Of a stretch of DNA of 64,000 nt, positions 58,201 to 64,000 are shown piece after piece. Each line of letters begins with the position of its first letter. Positions within the stretch are counted from its first letter, which is position 1. Source of the stretch: a virus (lineage: Duplodnaviria > Caudoviricetes). Location of the stretch: IMG/VR virus record IMGVR_UViG_3300042695_000382, positions 922 to 64,921 of that record. One strand, 5' to 3'. The notes under the pieces are model-generated. The model was not told the origin of the DNA, did no database searches, and saw only the letters and a list, made by a program, of their open reading frames with translations. Both the position numbers and the translations under genes were made by a program.

Positions 58201-61200
58201 TAAAAGTAAATATGACGAAATATTAACAAAAGCGGAAGGAAAATATTTAGAAGAAACATTACCGTTATTGTCAGAAGCATTAACAAGTGGCGACATTAAA
58301 TATAACGAAAACTTTTTTACAAAATTAGGCGATATTATAAGAAAAATATTTCAAAAATTTGGTATCAAAAAAATTAGTTTTGAAACCGGTAAAGATGTAT
58401 TTAATTTTGTAAGAGATTACAATAAAAGTTTTGAGTCTGGTGAATTTAACAAGGCATTTAAAGGGTTGGCCAAGGAAGGTAAAGTTTCTGGCGTTAAACC
58501 AGCTTTGCCGGGTGAAGTTACACAAGATATTAAAGAAAGTCAAGCTATATCAAAAGTTGATCAATTCAAACAAGAATTAAAAGATCTTGAGGAGGAATAT
58601 GACGAAGGATTTGGCGATATGAGTGATGAGGAATATACTTCTAAAAAAGCTAATATTCAAATTAAAATAAAAGCGGCTGAAAAATTAGCTGAAAAAGCAC
58701 CTATAAAAGAAGAAAAGATTAAAGAAGTAGAGAGTGCAGATGAGGAAGAAGTTAAAAAAATAATAAGAGAAGAGAAAGGATCTTTACCATCTAGCAAAGT
58801 GCAAGACATATACAATGAGAAAGGATTAGCTGGAGCAAACGATATTATAAAGTTATTTAAACCAATAACAAAACGTATTGTTGATAAAAGAAGGGACGCT
58901 CCTGGATTTGATCGTGAGTTATTAACTGATGAGATTGAAACTGGAGTTGGTGGTATTTTAGATTTAATTCAAAAATATAATCCAGACTCAGGTGTTCCTT
59001 TGGCTGCTTATATTAATAAGTATTTACCTGTAAGGGCAATTGCTACTTCAAGAAGAATATTAGAAGGGGACTTTAAAAAAGACGTTACAGAAGAGAAAGG
59101 TTTAATGGCTGAAGAAACTGTTTCTGAGGCAAAAGAAAAACCAAAATATAAAAACGCATTAGAATCAAAAGTTTTTGAGCCAGAGGTGATAAAAACAATG
59201 CAAGATAAGATTGTAGTGCAACTACGCACCTTAAAGTCTCGTATTGACGAACCTATTTCATTAAATCGTACTGTTACTCCATTAATTGCAGAAATCAGGG
59301 ACGCGGTTGGTAAACAATTGGATATTGATGTTAAAAAAGCAATGGGGGGTAAGAAAGATGGGGAACTTGTTAAATGGCTTTTAAAAAATAAGCGTTATGT
59401 TTTAGAGAATATGACTACTACATGGCTGATGGGAGCTAATGGGCAAGGTGGTATACCCCAGGCAATTCAAAAAAGTATAGATGGTAAATGGGTAAATTAT
59501 CCTGATTGGGTTGATAAAAAAATAGATAGAGAAACTGTTTCAACAGATAATGCAGGAAGAACTTCTGGAGCGGAATTAGTTAGAAGATTACCAAATGTAT
59601 TTAATAATATATCTGATGCTGTTTATTTAAGCCAAGTTGTTGGTCCTGACGGAAATCCTATTAGAGGTAGAAAAGAATCATTAGGGAAAGCTGTTGCCGA
59701 GGAAACTGCTTTTGACATAGTAAATAAAGATCTTGCTGAAGGAGGAGTCATATCCGATGTACTAATCGCCAATCAAGAAAGGCTTGGAGCTGAAATAAAA
59801 GAAAATTTTGCAAATGAAATAGCCAGACAAGCCGAAAGAGGTAATATTAAACAATCAGAAAAACTTATTAGAGGAGTTGAGGTTTCTTTAGAATTATTAG
59901 ATGATAATTTATTAGAGGCAGAAACAATAGAAGATGAGGTTAAAGTTATTAATAATTGGCTTGCTTCTAGTGGAAGATCATTAAGAACATTAGCTTCTTT
60001 TCTAGGTGGTGAATTAAAAGAATATACTACAAATAAAGGGTTGTTTGAAGAAATTGTTTTAAAAGCTATTAAAGCACGTTCTAAATTTGAAGGTGAATTA
60101 ATAAGTAATACTGCTTATAGATTAGGTGATGTTAAAAAGGGTAAATCAATATTCTTTGGTAACGAGAAAGTTCCTTTATTCCAAGACATAGATGAAATAA
60201 AGAGAAATTGGGTAAAGAATGTTAAAACAATAAATGAACAATCATTACAAGCTACTGAACAATTTATAGATGATATAAAGAAATTTAAAAACAATAAAAA
60301 ATACAACAAATATGATTTTGAATCTTATATAGAGCTTTTAAGGCAAGATCAAAGAGGCTTAGTAAGAAAGTTGTCAAAAGCTGGAATGGCTGTAATAAAT
60401 TTAGCAAGAGGAACTAAAACTCAATTAGAACACAATCATACAGTTCAGCAAATAGTTGATAAAACTATTGAATTTTATGATGGGAAAATAAATGAAAAAG
60501 AATTCAGAGAGTTTTTAGATAAAGGGGTGGTAAACCTTATTCCTAAGGATGTGGAAGAATTAATGCCAAAACAACCTATTGCCAACGAAAATAGAATGTT
60601 TGCTACAGATGTTATATTAAAAATACAAGAATATTTAGATAAAGGAGCAACTTTATATAATGTTGAAGCTGAGTATGGATCAAGAGAATATTTCGATGCC
60701 CTAGTAAAACTATCAAAATCAGGATTAAACTCAGAACAAGCTAAAAAGGAGTTTGAAGATATAAGAAAAATAGTTGACAGACTTAATATAAAAGAGTCCG
60801 CTAAAATGCCTAAAGAGCAATTATCAGCTGCATTTAATGATATAATTCAAGATGTTAGTGGCATGGAAAACTATAAAGTATTTTCTGATATTGTTGCTAG
60901 AAGAAGAGGATCAAAAAAGAATAGACTTGATTTATATGTCCCACCATCAGCAGCAGACTTCGAATTACTTTTATATAACTTTATAGGTAAAGGTAAAAAA
61001 GGAGAAGAGCAAAAGAAATTCTTTGAAGATGCTTTGTTAGTGCCATATACAGAGGGTAATATATTAATGGATGCAGCTAGACAAGCTATTAAAAGAGAAT
61101 ACAAAAAACTTTTAAATGCTTTCCCTGATATTAATAAAAAACTTGAAAGCTTAACTCCTGATAAAGACTTTACATATGACCAAGCTATTAGAGTTGCCAT

Positions 61201-63064
61201 GTGGAATGAAGGAGGCAAAGATATTCCTGGATTATCAGAAAGAGATGAAAGAAAATTAACGGCTCTTGTTAATGAAGATCCAGAATTAAAAGCTTTCAAA
61301 GAAGGTCTTACTATAATGGGTAGACAAGGTGTTGGTTGGGTTAATCCTACAGAATATTGGGACGCCAGCACAATTATATCAGATTTACATAACTTAACAG
61401 AAGGAGATGGTAGAAAGAAATTCTTAGGCGAATTTATTGAAAATGTTGAAGCATTATTTGGTAAATTTAAGGATGGAAGATTAGACGATCCTAATATGAA
61501 TAAGATTGAAGCTGTTTACGGAACAAATGTTAGAGAGGCATTGGAAGATGTAATCTATAGAATGATTTCGGGTAAAAACAAAAGCTTTGGTAAAGATAAG
61601 GAAACAACAAGATGGAGTAACTGGGTAAATGGATCTACAGGAGCAATCATGTTCTTGAATACTAGATCTGCTGCATTACAGTTAATTGGAGCAGTTAACT
61701 TCTTAAACTTTAGAGATAACAATCCATACGCTGCGGCAAAAGCATTTGCTAATCAGCCACAATATTGGAAAGACTTCGCTAAAATTTGGAATTCAGATAA
61801 AATGAAGGAAAGACGTGGCGGTTTAAAAGAAGATGTTGCTGCCGCTGAGATTGCTAATTCTGCTGCTACCAGTAAAAATAAAGTTGGTGCTGTATTATCT
61901 TACTTATTAAAAATTGGATATACTCCAACTCAATTAGCGGATAGTTTTGCTATTGCATCAGGGGGAGCTCCTTTCTATAGAAATAGAATTGATTCTTACT
62001 TAAAAGAAGGATTATCGGAGGAGGAAGCAGAACGTAAAGCATGGAATGATTTCTCTAAAGTTGCTGATGAGACACAACAGTCAGGAGATCCTAGAGATAT
62101 ATCAAAACAACAAGCAAGTGCAGCTGGTAGATTATTATTGACATTCCAAAATACAGCAATGCAGCAATCACGTATTGTTAAGAAAGCTGTGTTAGATCTT
62201 AAAAACGGTCGAGGTGATGTTAAAACAAACATATCTAAAATAGCTTATTATATTGCTGTCCAGAATATTATGTTCTCTGTATTACAACAAGGATTATTTG
62301 CTGTAGCTTTCAGTGGAGATGATGGCGGTGAGGATGAAGACAAAGAAAAACAAAAAGCAGTAAAGACAAAAGAACAAAAGTTAATTGGTCTAGCTGATGA
62401 TGTATTGGATACAATATTAAGAGGAACAGGGTTTCTTGGGGGTATAACAGCTACAACTAAAAACATGATCCTAAAATACATTGAGGAAAAAGAAAAAAAA
62501 CAATCCGACTATGCCAAAGTTGTTTTAGAAGGAACTAATATTTCTCCTCCTATTGGGTCTAAACTTAATAAACTATACAGAGGATTAAACCAAACTAAAT
62601 ATGACAAAGACCTTATTAAAGAAAGAGGTTGGGGAGTAATGCAAGATGGTAGAGTTCATTTAGGTCCAATGTATTCAATTACGGGACAAGTTGTAGAAGC
62701 TACTACAAATATACCAATGGGACGTTTCGTTAATAAAGTTGAGAATGTATCTCAAGCAATGAATTCACAAAATGAAGCATGGCAAAGAATAATGATTGGA
62801 TTAGGATGGAGCCCATTTAGTGTTGGAATAAAAGAAAATGAAGCCGATGCTAAAATAAAAGAAGCCGGAAAAGCTTTAAGAAAAGAAGAGGGAATTAAAA
62901 AATCCGCTGAAACAAGACAAAGAAAAAGAGATTCTATAAGGCAATTACCTTTAGAGGAGCGCATGAAAGTAAGAAAAGAAGAAGCGCTAAAAAGAAGAAA
63001 CAAAAGGAAAGAAAGAATCGAGAGAGAAAGAAGATTACGAAGATTAGGAACAAGTATAAAATAG
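55232..63064 (+). CDS. Giant internal virion / polyvalent protein (2610 aa) with HExxH zincin motif and sigma70 region-2-like segment
   Basis: Last late gene; GQHEFLHK near aa 905; LFKPITKRIV...ILDLIQKYNPDSGVPLAAYINKYL near aa 1200-1270. Confidence 0.7.
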   Translation: MAKYINDSGDYFDEEEINQFAQDQDTTFEDVIGRNNLVPVEETDQEEDPGKPKKKPTNKQKAVVSQNQQPINGFGKIPENPLGAANVPTAVSTVKPKPKAKPVEQPSLWDDAVGLAKSLFPDSEEDNNGKLTYFEQTPIKVQQQTFNQDSKDAMNATGKFEFLGDYKPEDRALFVSKLLPKTNYTEKKYNQETNEYEVKPKQEAIDYVKSDINPKDFKTQEQLDQAIALNVKKLASQDSAFEFEQNFAKAKAAPLIKQKATEIQKKYKLDNPAEVEKATKELQDYAAKTTTDFLINSQGFQSLNNQFSEIENGAKQDLTKSFGRSKDTFLSAMDITKNVAAAAKEQGAVGKALGTGLELATELVEGAGKGVQNVGQSIKQSLISASHNSIKDLGNTYSDIKDKPNNTPLDKSFAYEWERSNFGVYDPKEQDTPKTYGEAKDRLKKYLDKTNALIGDRVKSIEESKKYIGLFNQADLKDGIQLNDIFQLVGEQTPNIGLTAVGVATGNPVITGLSVANMFTQTYGPQYYNAIETGLKEDLGREPNKEEIAKAIGDGKYADRGEAAAWSALSAATEFAGELNVLKNTGKALGMGNDAKTVLGSLFRGEIKNFGKSAISNAKAITSSALGEYLTESTQQAIDQVSMGLQLQGDAKKYLNLRDINEAGIQGGLVGFVFPFVGAVKTQSAIELKAAATKVATSFDLSSKNIDNLVQVDKFFKAAGDNINERFKVGDITEEQKQSELETLGTIRSAGAKIPSAFSESAKKQSLDLMLEKANIEKEIDGKDKDLVAPETARLKDISAELSAISLGEKLNIPTEVSKDIDTDIKRTRTAIEKLGLQEEIDFQDLNTSADVFTYLSENTELDEAEKKRLSNQYGLFVPLKNGKEALIINKEANNKDLVVTTGQHEFLHKLIYRAVSNNKELQKKIGTDLYNHIEGYLGADVLNNTEFKERYDKYKEQFGVTKSQVESKTKDLEKYFSKGQISEESYNDYKSKYDEILTKAEGKYLEETLPLLSEALTSGDIKYNENFFTKLGDIIRKIFQKFGIKKISFETGKDVFNFVRDYNKSFESGEFNKAFKGLAKEGKVSGVKPALPGEVTQDIKESQAISKVDQFKQELKDLEEEYDEGFGDMSDEEYTSKKANIQIKIKAAEKLAEKAPIKEEKIKEVESADEEEVKKIIREEKGSLPSSKVQDIYNEKGLAGANDIIKLFKPITKRIVDKRRDAPGFDRELLTDEIETGVGGILDLIQKYNPDSGVPLAAYINKYLPVRAIATSRRILEGDFKKDVTEEKGLMAEETVSEAKEKPKYKNALESKVFEPEVIKTMQDKIVVQLRTLKSRIDEPISLNRTVTPLIAEIRDAVGKQLDIDVKKAMGGKKDGELVKWLLKNKRYVLENMTTTWLMGANGQGGIPQAIQKSIDGKWVNYPDWVDKKIDRETVSTDNAGRTSGAELVRRLPNVFNNISDAVYLSQVVGPDGNPIRGRKESLGKAVAEETAFDIVNKDLAEGGVISDVLIANQERLGAEIKENFANEIARQAERGNIKQSEKLIRGVEVSLELLDDNLLEAETIEDEVKVINNWLASSGRSLRTLASFLGGELKEYTTNKGLFEEIVLKAIKARSKFEGELISNTAYRLGDVKKGKSIFFGNEKVPLFQDIDEIKRNWVKNVKTINEQSLQATEQFIDDIKKFKNNKKYNKYDFESYIELLRQDQRGLVRKLSKAGMAVINLARGTKTQLEHNHTVQQIVDKTIEFYDGKINEKEFREFLDKGVVNLIPKDVEELMPKQPIANENRMFATDVILKIQEYLDKGATLYNVEAEYGSREYFDALVKLSKSGLNSEQAKKEFEDIRKIVDRLNIKESAKMPKEQLSAAFNDIIQDVSGMENYKVFSDIVARRRGSKKNRLDLYVPPSAADFELLLYNFIGKGKKGEEQKKFFEDALLVPYTEGNILMDAARQAIKREYKKLLNAFPDINKKLESLTPDKDFTYDQAIRVAMWNEGGKDIPGLSERDERKLTALVNEDPELKAFKEGLTIMGRQGVGWVNPTEYWDASTIISDLHNLTEGDGRKKFLGEFIENVEALFGKFKDGRLDDPNMNKIEAVYGTNVREALEDVIYRMISGKNKSFGKDKETTRWSNWVNGSTGAIMFLNTRSAALQLIGAVNFLNFRDNNPYAAAKAFANQPQYWKDFAKIWNSDKMKERRGGLKEDVAAAEIANSAATSKNKVGAVLSYLLKIGYTPTQLADSFAIASGGAPFYRNRIDSYLKEGLSEEEAERKAWNDFSKVADETQQSGDPRDISKQQASAAGRLLLTFQNTAMQQSRIVKKAVLDLKNGRGDVKTNISKIAYYIAVQNIMFSVLQQGLFAVAFSGDDGGEDEDKEKQKAVKTKEQKLIGLADDVLDTILRGTGFLGGITATTKNMILKYIEEKEKKQSDYAKVVLEGTNISPPIGSKLNKLYRGLNQTKYDKDLIKERGWGVMQDGRVHLGPMYSITGQVVEATTNIPMGRFVNKVENVSQAMNSQNEAWQRIMIGLGWSPFSVGIKENEADAKIKEAGKALRKEEGIKKSAETRQRKRDSIRQLPLEERMKVRKEEALKRRNKRKERIERERRLRRLGTSIK

Positions 63065-63091
63065 GCACCATACCTAATAGTTCCAAAATGG

Positions 63092-63124
63092 AAAAGGGAA
63101 GCTGTAATTAGCCTCCCTTTTTTT
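63092..63124. terminator. Bidirectional terminator between the convergent arms
   Basis: AAAAGGGAAGCT-GTAATT-AGCCTCCCTTTTTTT. Confidence 0.8.
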
Positions 63125-63130
63125 ATTTAA

Positions 63131-63361
63131 TTAAATTTCTAATTTAGGCCCGTCATCGGACTTTTCTTTTTCAGCAAGGTTTTCCTTTGCTCTTTCTGTT
63201 AATTTTTGAATAGCTTCATCATAATCAGGCATTAGTTTTATTGTTTCTAATGTACCTGCAGCTAATGTAGTTAAATGCTGTTGCTCCTGTATTACTTGTT
63301 GCAATACTCTAACAAGAGCTTCAACTTTGTTTTTCATTTCAATTAATGCTTGTTCTTTCAT
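63131..63361 (-). CDS. Hypothetical protein
   Basis: 76-aa ORF after the RNR gene. Confidence 0.7.
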   Translation of the reverse strand: MKEQALIEMKNKVEALVRVLQQVIQEQQHLTTLAAGTLETIKLMPDYDEAIQKLTERAKENLAEKEKSDDGPKLEI

Positions 63362-63370
63362 ATATAAATA

Positions 63371-64000
63371 TTAAGTTATTTCACAATTACCACCACCACA
63401 AGCAGCAGCATCTACAAAGTTAGTATTATCTTGAATCTCTACAACTTTTGATAAATCAACATTCTTTAATGTAGTCATCATTTGTTCGTAAACTTCTTTT
63501 GTACAATCCTCAAATGGTGTTTGTTTATATGTTCCACCATGATAAGGCAATACTGATAATCCATTATAATATTCTTTATTTGCCCACATCCATTCTCCAA
63601 TAATTTTCCATTCATCATCACGAACAGAGACTGTACATGAAACATTATGTGTATTGTTACCTTTTGAATGACCTTGTTTAACCCAATCTTTAGAAATCAA
63701 TTTAACTCTTTCAAGCAAATCCAAAGTTGACTCATAACGAGTTATAGCTCCATCTGGTGCTTTCTGAGGAACAGAAATTACTGCTTGCGATGTTGGATTA
63801 AAATATTCATCTTCAAGCAATTCAGGATTGTGTATAGCAAGATACGAATAGATTGCTTCATTCTTACCTAATCGCATACGGCGAATATAATAATCATTAT
63901 GCCAAGCGTGAATCCCGCTACTAGTACCAAGTACCAAAGAAGTTGTCCCAGCTGGTTTAACAGCCGTAGTCCTGGCCGCTCTGTTAATATTAAGCGCTGC
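63371..64000 (-). CDS. nrdJ: Class II ribonucleotide reductase, C-terminal part (runs in from window end)
   Basis: Frame open from 64000: RTTAVKPAGTTSLVLGTSSGIH...HNVSCT...GLSVLP...ACGGGNCEIT. Confidence 0.9.
   Translation of the reverse strand, partial: AALNINRAARTTAVKPAGTTSLVLGTSSGIHAWHNDYYIRRMRLGKNEAIYSYLAIHNPELLEDEYFNPTSQAVISVPQKAPDGAITRYESTLDLLERVKLISKDWVKQGHSKGNNTHNVSCTVSVRDDEWKIIGEWMWANKEYYNGLSVLPYHGGTYKQTPFEDCTKEVYEQMMTTLKNVDLSKVVEIQDNTNFVDAAACGGGNCEIT

Noticed and set aside
55232-63064. crAss- or N4-type virion RNA polymerase
   Set aside because: No DFDID/DxDGD or T7-like polymerase motifs were recognised in the giant protein

Overview
The window is almost the whole genome of an AT-rich, apparently lytic tailed phage, and it looks circularly permuted: the 5' and 3' parts of one class II ribonucleotide reductase gene lie at the two window edges. 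A Bacteroidota/Flavobacteriia host is inferred from Shine-Dalgarno-less AT-rich gene starts and signal peptides cleaved before Gln. Podovirus-like morphology is inferred from portal, adaptor, nozzle and ejection-type genes with no tape measure or sheath. The minus-strand arm (1-17.2 kb plus 63.1-64 kb) carries nucleotide-metabolism genes (RNR, ThyA, MazG), replication and recombination genes (primase-helicase, SSB, RecE-like exonuclease, ERF, T7 endonuclease I-like), a sigma70-family factor and many small early genes. The plus-strand arm (17.7-63.1 kb) carries fibres, a lysis cassette, GroEL/GroES, terminase, portal, capsid, tail proteins and a 2610-aa internal virion protein. Most notable observations: (1) the giant virion protein contains a sigma70 region-2-like segment next to an HExxH motif, while 11 early units share a rigidly spaced promoter-like motif that differs from the Bacteroidota consensus, suggesting a virion-delivered sigma-like factor; (2) free-standing endonuclease genes sit inside the 5' ends of host genes, each followed by a recoded copy of the lost gene start; (3) three further repeat families cluster around the arm switch; (4) a non-canonical tRNA-like RNA follows a KTSC gene; (5) the lysis cassette contains a chemoreceptor-type four-helix sensor protein and a spanin-like protein with a beta-signal. 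All assignments come from reading motifs by eye; no database searches were run.
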